NCBI RefSeq assembly: GCF_040938485.1
Contig: NW_027270992.1
Coordinates: forward strand, 3,100,001-3,164,000
DNA: 64,000 nucleotides
From: Diadema antillarum
Lineage: Eukaryota
Direction: 5' to 3'
The notes under the pieces were generated by a model. It was given only the letters and a program-made list of their open reading frames with translations. It searched no databases and was not told where the DNA came from. This document shows positions 40,401 to 50,800 of this stretch, one piece after another (the first letter of the stretch is position 1; the number at the start of each line of letters is the position of its first letter). Both the position numbers and the translations under genes were made by a program.

Positions 40401-40437
40401 CAAAGATTCTGTGCAAACCTATGCCAACTTCATGTAA
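8010..40437 (+). CDS. Receptor-type protein tyrosine phosphatase gene, spliced: 2 EGF-like, 6 FN3, TM, tandem PTP domains (D1 active, D2 pseudophosphatase); 5' signal-peptide exon not identified
   Basis: 29 AG/GT-bounded exons with compatible phases: 8010-8138, 8358-8510, 9386-9712, 12888-12958, 14055-14304, 15145-15462, 16164-16460, 17162-17379, 18496-18565, 19333-19565, 20600-20687, 21566-21647, 22872-22933, 24791-24891, 26345-26429, 26772-26848, 28090-28126, 28465-28562, 29196-29318, 29864-30018, 33885-34020, 34782-34931, 35323-35422, 36113-36192, 36642-36767, 37099-37230, 38301-38443, 39228-39363, 40363-40437. Joined length 4052 nt, open to TAA. PTP motifs [49 protein letters not shown]; C-terminus YANFM. 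Confidence 0.93.
8358..8510 (+). CDS. RPTP exon, EGF-like repeat 2
   Basis: [47 protein letters not shown]; donor G|gtatag. Alternative in-phase acceptors at 8361 and 8367. Confidence 0.85.
9386..9712 (+). CDS. RPTP exon, FN3 domain 1 (Tie-like W..W...D.G.GP)
   Basis: ctgtag|CA TTG CCA; ..[37 protein letters not shown]; donor A|gtaagt. Confidence 0.88.
10800..11990 (-). mobile_element. 5'-truncated CR1/L2-group LINE (RT C-terminus and 3' UTR)
   Basis: ORF 11912-11310 [39 protein letters not shown]; 3' stem-loop near 11035-11080; AATAAA near 10825. Boundaries approximate. Confidence 0.8.
12103..12466. mobile_element. G/C-tract MITE with CAGGGCCGG-type TIR, copy 1
   Basis: GCCGGCGCCACGTTTTCAAA at left, CCGGCCCTG at right; homologous to 58600-59022. 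Confidence 0.6.
12888..12958 (+). CDS. RPTP exon, FN3 domain 2 N-half (not in ORF track)
   Basis: aaatag|CA..CAG|gtgaga; [23 protein letters not shown]. Phase 1-0 reconciles exon 9386-9712 with 14055. Confidence 0.85.
13346..13540 (+). mobile_element. tRNA-derived SINE, degenerate
   Basis: A box TGGCTAAGTGG 13356-13366; B box GGTTCGGGTCC 13413-13423. Confidence 0.55.
14055..14304 (+). CDS. RPTP exon, FN3 domain 2 C-half
   Basis: ttaaag|GTG CCC; ..[29 protein letters not shown]..; donor C|gtaagt. Confidence 0.88.
14602..14848. mobile_element. MITE with about 35-bp TIRs and AAAT target duplication
   Basis: aaat|GAAGAGTTTGTTTGCAAAAACCGATAAGTCCAT ... ATGGACTTATCGGTTTTTGCGAACAAACTCTTC|aaat. Confidence 0.8.
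15145..15462 (+). CDS. RPTP exon, FN3 domain 3
   Basis: acccag|CG CCT; [25 protein letters not shown]; donor G|gtaatc. Confidence 0.88.
16164..16460 (+). CDS. RPTP exon, FN3 domain 4
   Basis: [41 protein letters not shown]; donor G|gtacgt. Confidence 0.88.
16600..16900 (-). mobile_element. LINE 3'-end remnant
   Basis: (TTGAA)n tail on minus at 16600-16627 next to an AT-rich UTR-like tract. Confidence 0.4.
17162..17379 (+). CDS. RPTP exon, FN3 domain 5 N-part
   Basis: acacag|CT CCT; [32 protein letters not shown]; donor ACG|gtaacg. Confidence 0.87.
18496..18565 (+). CDS. RPTP exon, FN3 domain 5 C-part (not in ORF track)
   Basis: ttaaag|[24 protein letters not shown]|gtacgt; phase 0-1. Confidence 0.83.
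18700..18842. other. Assembly gap (N run)
   Basis: Run of N. Confidence 0.99.
19333..19565 (+). CDS. RPTP exon, FN3 domain 6 N-part
   Basis: catcag|TA CCT; [29 protein letters not shown]; donor AAG|gtacca. Confidence 0.87.
20258..20553. mobile_element. Short non-autonomous Academ-like element in an RPTP intron
   Basis: Inverted termini GGAGCTTTAGATT (20258-20270) and AATCTAAAGCTCCCTA (ends 20553, reading TAGGGAGCT on minus). Internal homology to 4940-5236. Confidence 0.6.
20600..20687 (+). CDS. RPTP exon, FN3 domain 6 C-part and stalk
   Basis: ccctag|[30 protein letters not shown]|gtgggc. Confidence 0.85.
21566..21647 (+). CDS. RPTP transmembrane exon
   Basis: tgaaag|[27 protein letters not shown]|gtgagt; hydrophobic helix plus basic stop-transfer. 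Confidence 0.9.
21741..21806. repeat. (CT)n microsatellite
   Basis: Direct reading. Confidence 0.95.
22872..22933 (+). CDS. RPTP juxtamembrane exon
   Basis: tcacag|[21 protein letters not shown]|gtaagt; phase 2-1 fits neighbours. Confidence 0.75.
23041..23423. mobile_element. Palindromic MITE family copy 1 (AAAGGGAT.GTATAG termini)
   Basis: Internal inverted symmetry; homologous to 25013-25405 and 46655-47012. Confidence 0.6.
23971..24704. mobile_element. MITE with TGACC..GGTCA termini inserted in a TA/TG microsatellite
   Basis: TGACCGTGCATCACAAAACGAACATAAAGTCGC at left; GCGACTTTTTGTTGTTTTGTGATGCAAGGTCA at right. Confidence 0.8.
24060..24151 (+). repeat. Perfect 46-bp tandem duplication
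   Basis: CTTGAGTTTTTCATATTTTCTGAAAGAGCTATCCCTCTACACTAAT occurs twice, head to tail. Confidence 0.9.
24791..24891 (+). CDS. RPTP wedge-region exon
   Basis: acccag|..[27 protein letters not shown]|gtatga. Confidence 0.82.
25013..25405. mobile_element. Palindromic MITE family copy 2
   Basis: AAAAGGATGG at left, CCATCCCTTT at right; shared internal GAAAATCGGTTTT..ATGGCTGAGAT motif. Confidence 0.55.
25505..25740 (+). mobile_element. tRNA-derived SINE, degenerate
   Basis: A-box-like TGGCATACAGTGG, B-box-like GAGTTGAATCC, then a typical SINE body CCTTGGGCAAG..GGTGTATAAATGGGTACC. Confidence 0.65.
26345..26429 (+). CDS. PTP D1 exon, KNRY loop
   Basis: tgttag|[29 protein letters not shown]|gtaagt. 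Confidence 0.9.
26772..26848 (+). CDS. PTP D1 exon, DYINA
   Basis: cacaag|[25 protein letters not shown]|gtaagt. Confidence 0.9.
27212..27288. repeat. (AAT)n microsatellite
   Basis: Direct reading. Confidence 0.95.
27658..27950. other. Assembly gap (N run)
   Basis: Run of N. Confidence 0.99.
28090..28126 (+). CDS. PTP D1 exon, YIATQG
   Basis: ttgcag|[13 protein letters not shown]|gtgatt. Confidence 0.88.
28330..28407. repeat. (CA)n/(TA)n compound microsatellite
   Basis: Direct reading. Confidence 0.9.
28465..28562 (+). CDS. PTP D1 exon, DFWQM / IVMLT
   Basis: ttatag|[32 protein letters not shown]|gtagga. Confidence 0.9.
29196..29318 (+). CDS. PTP D1 exon, KCxxYWP
   Basis: ctgtag|[41 protein letters not shown]|gtatgt. 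Confidence 0.9.
29864..30018 (+). CDS. PTP D1 exon, WPD loop to catalytic HC
   Basis: aaccag|[32 protein letters not shown]|gtaagt. Confidence 0.9.
30545..31302 (+). repeat. Two diverged direct repeats of about 270 bp (30545-30820, 31040-31302) within a non-autonomous element
   Basis: Shared CCCTCGCTTGTTCCGT..CAGGGTCTGCTTGTGTGTGCGACGCTGGCC..CTCACTGTTCCACCTTTTACAGG. Confidence 0.85.
31349..33330 (-). mobile_element. 5'-truncated CR1/L2-group LINE with frameshifted RT
   Basis: [32 protein letters not shown] (33307-32936) continuing in NRLSLNA..KTKYMLF..LSWKSH (32961-32452); AATAAA plus (TTTGAA)n tail at about 31349-31378. Confidence 0.88.
33885..34020 (+). CDS. PTP D1 exon, SAGVGRTG to Q-loop
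   Basis: ttgcag|[28 protein letters not shown]|gtacga. Confidence 0.92.
34782..34931 (+). CDS. PTP D1 end / interdomain exon
   Basis: ctacag|[24 protein letters not shown]|gttagc. Confidence 0.9.
35323..35422 (+). CDS. PTP D2 exon, KNRF
   Basis: atgcag|[34 protein letters not shown]|gtgtgt. Confidence 0.88.
36113..36192 (+). CDS. PTP D2 exon, YINA
   Basis: atccag|[26 protein letters not shown]|gtgagc. Confidence 0.88.
36642..36767 (+). CDS. PTP D2 exon, [12 protein letters not shown]
   Basis: tttcag|[42 protein letters not shown]|gtattt. Confidence 0.88.
37099..37230 (+). CDS. PTP D2 exon, CGQYWP
   Basis: tttcag|[28 protein letters not shown]|gtaagt. Confidence 0.88.
38301..38443 (+). 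CDS. PTP D2 exon, WPE loop
   Basis: catcag|[29 protein letters not shown]|gtaggt. Confidence 0.88.
39228..39363 (+). CDS. PTP D2 exon, degenerate P-loop
   Basis: cttcag|[46 protein letters not shown]|gtatga. Confidence 0.88.
39806..39950. other. Assembly gap (N run)
   Basis: Run of N. Confidence 0.99.
40363..40437 (+). CDS. RPTP last coding exon
   Basis: ttccag|[24 protein letters not shown]. Confidence 0.9.
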   Translation, partial: ERYEFCFDVVEAYKDSVQTYANFM

Positions 40438-43400
40438 AGCCTCGTCTTGAAATCCTACGGTAAATTCATAAAAACGAGCACATGAAAACCTCAGATCACC
40501 CGTTACCGTCAGTGTTCTCTCTCACCATTTTTGTTTTAATTCGCTCCGCCTGAGTACGGCGTGGTTCCAACAGTGAATGGCTTCACGAATGCTAGCCAAG
40601 TCGTTTTTCTTCTCATGAAAAATAGTTGTAGAGTAATGCACGGTATGTCATCCGATTGTAGCGAGTTGAACTGGAGATAAGTGATGACTTGCAACAACTA
40701 AAATTTAAGATATCAAGTTCATAAAACAACTCGAGGCAAGACCTCATCAATTTAATTGAATAAGCAGTACCCGCTACTGAACAGGCAGTTTCCTAGATAC
40801 GACGCCAATCTAGTAATCAGAAGATTTTTGGTCTAATTGTATGCCTACGATTTTTTTTTTATCATGGCTGCTAGCAAAGCACCGAACAGTCGGTGCTTAT
40901 TAACGTCGATGTGGGGCACTTTGTCAATCAACGGCAATAAAAACAAATCAACACATGAGTTCATTAATATCAGTCAAGACCGCAATGTCAGTAGCCAGCA
41001 GTATGTTTGTTGCTGTTTTGGTTGTTAATACTTTGATATTCTGTGATCAACTCGACTTTGGCTTCTGAAAAAGAGTCAGAAATATTTTGTTAAAAAAAAA
41101 AAAGAATGCCTTTTCCTCAGCAGCAATATATCACTGTTCCTACGTGCAATCAGATCAAAATGGCAATTCGGTACAGTATTCAAGTTTGATGTTGTAGTTG
41201 TATCTAGACAAACCCAGAGAAAAAACCTAGAGGAAGATACGATGACGATTGTAAACTTGACTTTGTCGAAACATGCGAACCTATAGCCAGAATTACTGTG
41301 ACTTGTTCATACTCTCCTCTAACAGTAGATCATCTCGGCTTACCAGTCGCTGGACAGGCAGCAAGCTTTCTCCTCTTGGAGAAATGTACAAAGAGTCTTG
41401 TATGTGGTGGAGTGTTCGTGTCTTTCTAAAGCCTGGTGTTGAATATCCTATCAGTGCCTGCTGTTGAAGTACCTTAAGATGAGATAAGCTATATACGTAT
41501 ATCAGACACGTAATTATATCTATATTTAGGTACTCTTGTTTATATTTTGATGTGATTTCTTATTTGTCATGATTTCATTTGTAGAAGTGGAAAAAACAAG
41601 CAAGCTGAAACTGAAAGTTAAATTGAAATCGGAAATCATATTCCCCTGTATATGGAAGAATCTTACCTTACGGCTGGAAGGTCCTAACGACAACCAATCT
41701 GTGCAGGCCTAAACTATTACTGGATTCTTTATCTGACTGTAGTTTGATGTGTGTAGATAGAATTCATTTTGCTGATCTTTCCTATTCTTTAACATGTCGT
41801 TTCGCCTGTACGTTCCTTACTTCTCCTATGTCTGCAAATAATTTATCAGACTATGGGATTGTATTAGCAGGAGACTCTCGTGATAACGAAGTCCTCGGGA
41901 TCGGCAGTTTTCTTTCGTCACATTGAAATTTCGATCTGATAAAGTGTGTAAAGACATTAACATAACATAATTTTGGGACCATCATTTTAGTTACAACAGG
42001 AGTACACTGATAGTGGATTAGACGTTTCAGAATTTGTGTTATATATTGATCTTTGTTCTGACTACGCTGGACCCTAAGGAATTATAACACTTGTTTTTAT
42101 TGAGTTAGTTGTGAGTGTATACTTAAAATCACACGTCAAATACTGCACACTACAAGAAGGTGTTAGTCCTTCGTCAATGCTTCTATGTTGCAGTTGGGGA
42201 TTATGCACAATAAATGTGATATTTCATAATTTTAGCAATTTACGTTTAATTGCGCAAAATGATTTATCATATTCTTCGCTATCCAATTAATATGTAAGAG
42301 GTTTTATAAAGAAAAAATACAAATGTTTATACTCAGTTTAAATGATATGTGATACTCTAAAGTATGTGTAAACTGTACTATATCTAGGATATCATTTGTT
42401 TTCATTCATTCAAGAATAAATGCAGTCTTATTTTAACCCTAAAACTTTCATTATGTAAAGAATATTGTTAATGTATAGATTGCCAGAAACCTCACTCGGC
42501 GTGGCCAATGAAGTGTGTAGTTTATAAGCAAGATTGCATTGTGTATATCTTTTCTTGCAGTTGTTATTTTATGTGTAATTCTAACTCTATTTTGAGTTCA
42601 GAATATGGAGACTTTTTGATGCCGATGAATGATAAAGTAAAAAAAAAAAAATCAGAAAAATACTGTGCATTGTAGTATTAAGAAGAATGAAGTGTGAACG
42701 TGAATGTTTCCCATTACAGCCTTGCGGTTGCACATTGTACTTTTCGAACAGTTGGTTAAGTTATGTTTGCATGTACTGCATATCAACTCTAATGTAAGTT
42801 CGCAATACAACTTCGAGAAAATCTTGCATGTCAACTCGTGTATGCCACATTGACATAGTTGTGTTAAACCTAGCGCGCAGATTCCATCAAGGTCACGTTT
42901 CTGTGTTTCAGCAGAATCTCGTGTATTTCACACAGATTCCTCGCACTCCGGGATGGATATCAGTTTTTGTTCAGTTGAAATTACAGAATGATTGACAGTA
43001 AGACGACAAGTGATCATACAAAAATGTTTACAACCATGTCTTTTGATTGAAGAAAAAGAAAAAAATATTGAACACAAATGTATAATGGTCACATCATGAA
43101 ATGAGGATGTCACAAGGAAAGTAACTTGATGGGACCTAAAAAGCTATAACGCTTGTAAAATTGTAGCTTCCCAATTGCCGATCTTATCTCAAAGGTTGAT
43201 GCAAATTTTCAAAAATCTGTCGATCTACTACTATAGGCTTCCTTTCATACTTTTACGCAGTAATTGCACGCACTTTTGATGGTTACATATACAATTATAC
43301 TTAAACATATCTAAAGTCAACATACATCACGACTGCTTGATCCTTGAAACTCATAATCATCCGTATAAACTGTACATGCATGTAAAAAAAAATGATTTAA

Positions 43401-46400
43401 TTAATGATCAACTTCGATCTGACTCGACATTTTAACAAAAACTGTTTTTGTATCATTTTATTTTAGTTAAAACAGAATTCAAATATTGCTAAAAAAACAC
43501 GAGGAGAGTCGAAATGCTCAAATAGCTTGAACAACGAAGGAAACGTGTTTTAGTTTCAGATTCGGAACTATCTGAATATATATAGTCACGAAGGTCACTG
43601 TGAAGTAGAAAGATATTGAAACTAGTTGTATATAAAAAAGCAGAATTTCTCAAATATATCACTATGTAAAGGCACTTGTCCTGATAATTAAATGTTGTTG
43701 AAGACCTCGAATAAATCCATCAGAATCGCACATGTACCTCAAGACCTTTGCATCTGCCACCTTGTGAATAACTGAGAAGAGTGTTATCATGATGTATTGT
43801 ATATAAGTCATTTTTAAACTCACAGGTGAATGCTAGAGATTTAGAATAATAACAAACGTCCATGAAATTCGGGAGGTTTATTAAGATAATCGTAATTATT
43901 TTTGTTCACAGCGCTTTTTGTTTTGTAAGCAATAAACTATTCCACTCGATTTTACGCAAAATAGCTTTTACACATCTAACATATCTTCTTTTCTTTTGTT
44001 ACCTATATTCCCCTTGCAAATTTGTGTCGTTTCCATCATGATTTGATGACTGGTATGGCTGTAAAACTAAGAGAAAGTTTCTATTGAACTTTATTTGGCT
44101 CATCATAACTGCAAAAAGTGTATAAATCTGAAACAATCAGAACACTGAGAGTGAGAATGTAATGTATAACATCCAAGGCTCTGAAAAAGAAGATCTTGTA
44201 AATTCACTTGACTTGATAATGTTAAGTCTAGTAATTATTTTATGTTAAATGTTATACGTTATAATCATATCATGTAAAATGTTATACGCTTCGTTCTTAC
44301 GTATCAATCTGAAGGTTCAGTACTTTTACCCATATTATGTATAGCAGTTACAATTCGCCGATAGTCAAATAAGAAATGTTAAAGACACTTCGGGGAATCT
44401 TTATAAGAGTACGTACTTAAAGATTCGTACTTATGTAGCTCCTTCATAGTTCTTACGTTACTCCTTATTATGTTGGAAAACCCGTTTGGGTGAGCTATCT
44501 CGCCACACAAGATTTTAAAGGGGAATTTCAAACCAGGCAAAACTTACTGTGAATAGAAAAAGTAAATACAATTTTATTTTTATAAGCACATCAGAAAAAT
44601 TTGATCGAAATCGGGTAAAAGTTATGAAATTATGAATTTTTAGTGAGTTTTGCAAAATATTTCTTAGATTTCTGAAATGAATATAAAAATAAGTGAGTTT
44701 ATCATGTCATCGCTTTGCAATTTGTAGTACATATATGTGAAAAATACTGATGAAAATTGAATTTTCATGCCATGAAATTGTGAAGCATGATGCTCTCTCT
44801 TCCTGAAAAACTTCAAAATAATTATCGGTCAGATACATTAGGATTTTCGAAGGAGCATAACTAGATATGAACAAACACACTAGAAGGAATTCCCCATAAA
44901 ACCGGCTTTTGCATGGGAATCAATATCCAAAATATCTATCGTTATCTACATGAAAAGTTGAAGGATCAAAGTATATTATGATGAAGTGTCATTTAATAAC
45001 AAATATAATTGATGATGTATATGAACTCATTTTGTGTGTAGTATTAATGTCAAGCTGATTGACAAGGACTTGTGTATTGAAGTAAGCGAACAAATCAATT
45101 TTTGTACTTGTCCGAGATTAAACGGGCGGTGAGATATGATTGGTAATATAAGCATGTTTATATCATGCAATACATCGTGAATTTGTCAGACTTTTATGTC
45201 TTTGCTGTTGTCAGAGAATAGATATATTTGATTTACCCTAATGACTTCAAGGGTAGGCCCTACTTGTGTACACAATTTTTATTTTCTTTCATAGATCAAA
45301 GTAAATGTATGTGACTTTGATAAGCAAACACGACGTTACCGTAGTAACGTAGCAGAAAATAGAGCCAAGAAAAATAAACCCAAAAGTCGAAATTTAAAAC
45401 TTTTGAATTGAAGATAAGAAAAACTACCTCTAGACCAAACTTTAAAGACTAACATTATTCTCCCCATCGACACACATAGGTTTCTACGTAACATTTACAT
45501 GTTGACATGACGTAAAATGACATAATATCTGGAAAGGATAGTAGATGGGAGTGGTTATTTAATATCTCTTGATTATTTTTGATTTTCCATCTATTGAGTG
45601 GGAATACCATTGCAAGAAACAAGTGACATTTAGGGTTTTACTTATTCGTTGTAAATGATTATTTCTGAATATCCTAGACTACTTTAGGTGTGGTATTTTG
45701 GAAGGCTTACACTGACTGGACACAAGGAAGTGAAATCTACACCATTTGTTTAATGTGACCTTGAATAAAATCAAGATATCACGAGGAACATCAGCCCTAA
45801 AAGAAACAAAGCTGAAAAAACGAACCTATACGAACTGGTTGTTGTTGGTCTTAAGTTCGCGACACATCAGACGTATCGTGTTTGTCACTAGACTAGGGAA
45901 GATAATTTGAACAATGTAAATACTATACTATCCTTGAACAAGTAGAGGTTGATTTAGTTACAAAATAAAGTATCTATGATTCAAATTTTGTCGTGCAGAC
46001 TTCAGTTAACTGCAATCAACTAAAGGTAGGGTTAGAAAGTACCCAATGTTTCATAAAACGTGTCATTGTACGCAAACAGATTCAAGTCGCTTAGTTTTCT
46101 GTCCTCTTACTATAGTTCTGCATCCCCCCCCCCCCCTCCTTGTTCGACACGTTTCGAAGTATATGCCAAACACTGACAATTTGAGTATCCGGTATGTGAT
46201 GGGGGAAAGAGGCGAGATGAAGGAAGTATCATCCGCCATTTGTGGCCAAAAATTACTTTCGGACAAAACTGGCAGACATTACGATGCTTGAAGTGCTTCC
46301 TACGTATCAAAATATTCATCGATGTAAGAGGTATCCACGTACACCCAAACAAGAAAACCATTTGTTGTACACTATTCTGGGGAAAAAATCACTAAAGCAC

Positions 46401-46654
46401 CTCAGTCTGTTAGAATTCTTAAGCAACTTTGAGCAGTTAAGAATGCTATAGTGAAGTGCGTGTGTGTGCACGTGTTGTTTTTTTTCAATGAAAAATTCTG
46501 TGGTGCTTATAAGAATTTTAAGCCATCAAGTCCTTGGGACATTTTGCTCGAAAAAAAAAATAATCATCTTGATTGTCTTTATTACGCTGGCAGCATTGAA
46601 TTTCATTCTGCATACAATCAAAAATGCTAGCTTCATGGGATGATATAACTTTGG

Positions 46655-47012
46655 TGGAGATGGGGGATTCAAATTTTAACTTTCTACGAGATAATTAGAA
46701 ATCACTTACGGAACATTAGAGAAGATACAATTCTAATTGAAATTCAAAGTTTGTTTGATGAAAATCGGTTTTAAAATGGCTGACATGCTAAAAAACAAAG
46801 TAAAACAAAGAAGTTCAAATAAAAGGTAAGTCCCCGTTTAAAAAAAAAGACCTCTTTGTTTTGGGGCATTTCAAAATCAATTTTTATCAAATAAACTTTG
46901 AATTCCTCTTTATATTGTGTGTTCTTTCATATTTTATAGAGGTTTCTCATTATTTCACAAAAAGTTAGAAACCTGAGACCCCATTTCAACTTAAACTATA
47001 CAATCGCTTTAA
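46655..47012. mobile_element. Palindromic MITE family copy 3 (left end eroded)
   Basis: Right end AACTATACAATCGCTTTAA; interior homologous to 23041-23423. Confidence 0.55.
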
Positions 47013-47095
47013 AATCTTCTGAGATGTGCAGCCAAAGGATAAGTTACAGTCTTCTTGATTGAAGTACTCCATGGTTCAAAACTAATACAAGGCTC

Positions 47096-47174
47096 ATGAA
47101 GAACTTGCATCCAAAAGGCGCTAAATCCATCATTTTCCAATGGATTTAGCGCCGTTTGGTAGCAAGCTCTTCAT
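47096..47174. other. 79-nt near-perfect hairpin downstream of the SLC16 stop
   Basis: 35-nt arms with 31/35 complementarity and a 9-nt loop. Confidence 0.8.
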
Positions 47175-47616
47175 ATCAACATTTATTATGATAAGTTATC
47201 ATGAAACTGCAGGTACTCAAATAGACTAGCACTATATCTTTACCATGCGGGGCAACATTGGAAGTAATTATGATTTCTCACAAGTACATTAACTTTGAAG
47301 AAGAGTGGGTCAATGTTACATACTATGTTACTAAAGGGGTTGATGATACTTGAGATTTGAACAATATCTCTTTCATTTTGATAAAATTAAGAATTGTGCT
47401 TCCATGCTGCCACAATGTCAGCGTAATATCACACAAAGTGATCTCGTGTAGTTGGGGTGGAGAACAGCTTCATTTCCTGTTAACGGTGACTTCCATCCCT
47501 AGTCCTTACTGTTCATACCGAAACGCAAGGAGCTGCCGATAGTATCTGCAATGTGAACAAAAGAACCTACAGCTCGACGTGCTCTTACCACATCTCCGGA
47601 CATATCGTCGTCAAAG

Positions 47617-47810
47617 TTAATAGTCCGCGTCTAGTTTCTTCTTCGTGTTGCTATTTCCACATCCTGTCCATGACACCATCGTATGGCGATTAGTCACGTG
47701 GTATCGGTGGTAAATAGGTACCAAAAGGAAGAGAACACCAGAAAGGGCGTAGACACCGATGCACACATAGAGAGCGATTCCGTACGACCCTGTCCTATTC
47801 ATGCTTTCCC
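47617..47810 (-). CDS. SLC16-like exon 6 (last)
   Basis: ttatag|ESMNRTGSYGIALYVCIGVYALSGVLFLLVPIY..KLDADY*. Confidence 0.87.
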
Positions 47811-50800
47811 CTATAAAACAAAATCAAACAAACAAGCTTACATAAAAATATCAGTGAGTGTGTAACTGTGGAAGAATTTTTTTTAAGTGCTGAATCCACA
47901 TAAACAGAATCGCAGAAGTTCCATTTAAGTAGGTCCTAAAAGAAGAAAGTAATTCCGACTTTCGTTTTTTTTTTTTTGCTTTTGTTTTTGTTTTTTTGTT
48001 TTTCGAAAAAGTCATATCAATAGCAACTACAAATGCGACATAGAGATTAGAATAAAATCTCACTTGCCGGTCACAGAATTACACACACATCTTTTCTAGT
48101 ATGTATCCGTTATATCAAATATGTTATTTTTGCTCGAACACTGCAAATGTAACTTTATGGGAAGGTTTGTCGCTGCTGAAATTGGGACAAAAAAAGAACA
48201 CGCAGACATGGGTTATGTGATATCTTAGTGCACGAACCATTTTGACGTGTTGTGACTTGAGGATGTCACTGCTCAAATCTCTACCATTCTCTGTTTGTTT
48301 GAACTTGAATTATTTGAATTTATTTGAACATGAAGTGAAATTGTTCTTTAAATGCAAATATGAAGTCAGAGTTCAGCACTATAAGTTACAATCACATAGA
48401 TAATAGATAAAAAGACAAAACCAGAAGACAAAAAACAGGACAAGCAAACAGGGGTTTTTTTTCTATGCTTTACTACAAATCTTCTTGCCATTGTCAGGTC
48501 GGACGTAGTTGATTTGAAAACTGTACGGACACAGTCTTAACTGTAACTTATAGTACATCGTTAGCACATCTTTAGAGCACCCTTGCATGAATGGAATCAA
48601 GGAATTGCTATCAAAAACTGGAAAGAGGCCAAACAGCAGACCACATTACTAAACTGATATTTGTTTTAGTATCCACTACGAAATATGAATCATAGCGCAG
48701 AATTCAAGAATTCTGTTAACGCAAGATTTACATTCAAGACATTCTTATGGAGAGTTTAAAGTCTTCAAATAAATTGTATCACAAAATCTGGTATACATCA
48801 ATCAGTGTTTGTAGAATATTACACGCAGTGGTTTGGTTCTCCGATCAAATCTACCTATTTGGAAAAAAAAAAAACTATTCAGTGTCACTGACTATTTGAT
48901 TATTTAGATTGTGACAATAATACCTAATACGGAAGCAAGAATCACTCCAACGCCATAACTCATGGCCATCAGACTAGATGTTTCCCGGCCCCTGCTAACT
49001 CCGAAGACATGATTGGCGATGGAGAACGGGAGGCTGCTACCAACACTCATGACAACAGATCCTTGTGCTGAAAATACAAATGCAAGCAATGGAAGAGAAA
49101 GAAGTGACTGATTCGCGAGGAACATTCATTATATTGAAACTAATTTCGCGCGTACACTTCACAGGTTTTGTTTCAAATGGGTGAAATTCATTTCTTCTGC
49201 ATTACTGCGTGTCCGATATAACTGGTTTTTATCTATTGATGAAAACATGCAGACAAACCGCAACCTTGATTGTTCATTCACTGAAGAAGACAGTGAGACT
49301 GACAGATATTAATTTCATTTTTGGGGGGGACTTCTTTTCTTTTTTGAAAGGTAGTTATATAAATGAGATGTAGGGCCCTCGAAAAAAAAAATCTTTGTCA
49401 AATATGAACTGCTTAAAGAATGTTAAAAGTGAAGTCAATGACGGTGAAATATCCACTTGGTGATAACAATGGCAACACGTCACTCCAACCCTAAAACTTC
49501 TGGCCAGTTATTACCTTCTTTAAAGAGGTTATGAATGAAGGCGTAGCATATTACCGACTGTATAAATTGCATGCTTGTGAAATTTTAACGCAACTGAAGA
49601 GATTGTTAGAACATCTGCAGAAATAATGCAAATGATGTTCGAGTGTGGAAACTGACAATCTCTTTATAGCTGTGCTCACCGACCAGTAGCGTCATAACTC
49701 CTGCGAGGCTTTCGGACACCAGTAGGCAGGCCATGACGGTCATTCCTGTCGTACTGGCGATCGTCGAGAGATATAGCTTGTGGAAAGGTAGGCTGTCGGA
49801 GACCAGGGCGACGATGACTTTACCGACCATGAGTGCGATACCGACGACGACGACGGCCTGGGCACCATTTGCCTCAGTGAAACCAAGCGACAGCATGTAG
49901 CTGACCTGGCAAGACAGAAAAAACAAATGAGGTGTCCTGACTGTAACGATGACATTAAAGCGCCTAGAACTATACAAGAACAAGCTTTCCGTAGACAAGA
50001 AACAACGGAAAAATTTGCACGATAGATATGTAGGACCCTACGTATATTTTGTATATGCATGTATGTAGCCTGGGCATCCCCAAGATGTGCAGTAACTTAC
50101 CATTTAGATTCATATATCAAAAATATCTCTCTATTGAACTGTTCACTGTTATTCAAGCTTATCCGGAGCTCATGCAGCGCAGAATGATTGTACATAAGAT
50201 TCTACGCTTTTAATATTGTTTTATAAGCAATCAATGAAGTTTGAAGAAAATCGGACAAGCTGCTTAAAAAAAAAAGTTTTGATGATTTTAAAACTTTTTG
50301 TTAATTCATGACTGATTAAGAATACTGCAACTTGTTTGTATTTTATTCGTGTCACGGCTGCAGTGAAACATGATAAGGAAAATATGACGAGAATATAATA
50401 TATCTAAACGAAAGAACACTTGGCTTTACCGCTTTGGTTAGGCAGAAAGAGTAATATTAATCTAAATCTATGTCAGTAACAAGTGGAAAGTACTTTCCAT
50501 TAAAAGAATGACGTTTTGGGGAATATCATATTCATATTTTCCCTTTTTCTTTCAGTATATCATTGTTGCACTAGACATTACGAATTGTGTAGTCTTCTTA
50601 TCTCTAACCTTTATCCCATTTTATAACATTTTCTCAAAGTTCATCCATTTGTATCAGTAATATTCCTGCATTCATTAAATATCCAAAATATGTGTTTCGG
50701 TTTAATTACTCTTTTATATTTTAGATTTCGCCTGTGTGCACCGTATCAAAGATAGTGGCCGTGATGGAATCCCCATGGAATAGCATGAGAGCAATGGAGT

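Noticed and set aside
41000-46500. A hidden gene between the convergent RPTP and SLC16 3' ends
   Set aside because: Only short motif-less ORFs and MITE fragments; consistent with UTR and intergenic DNA.
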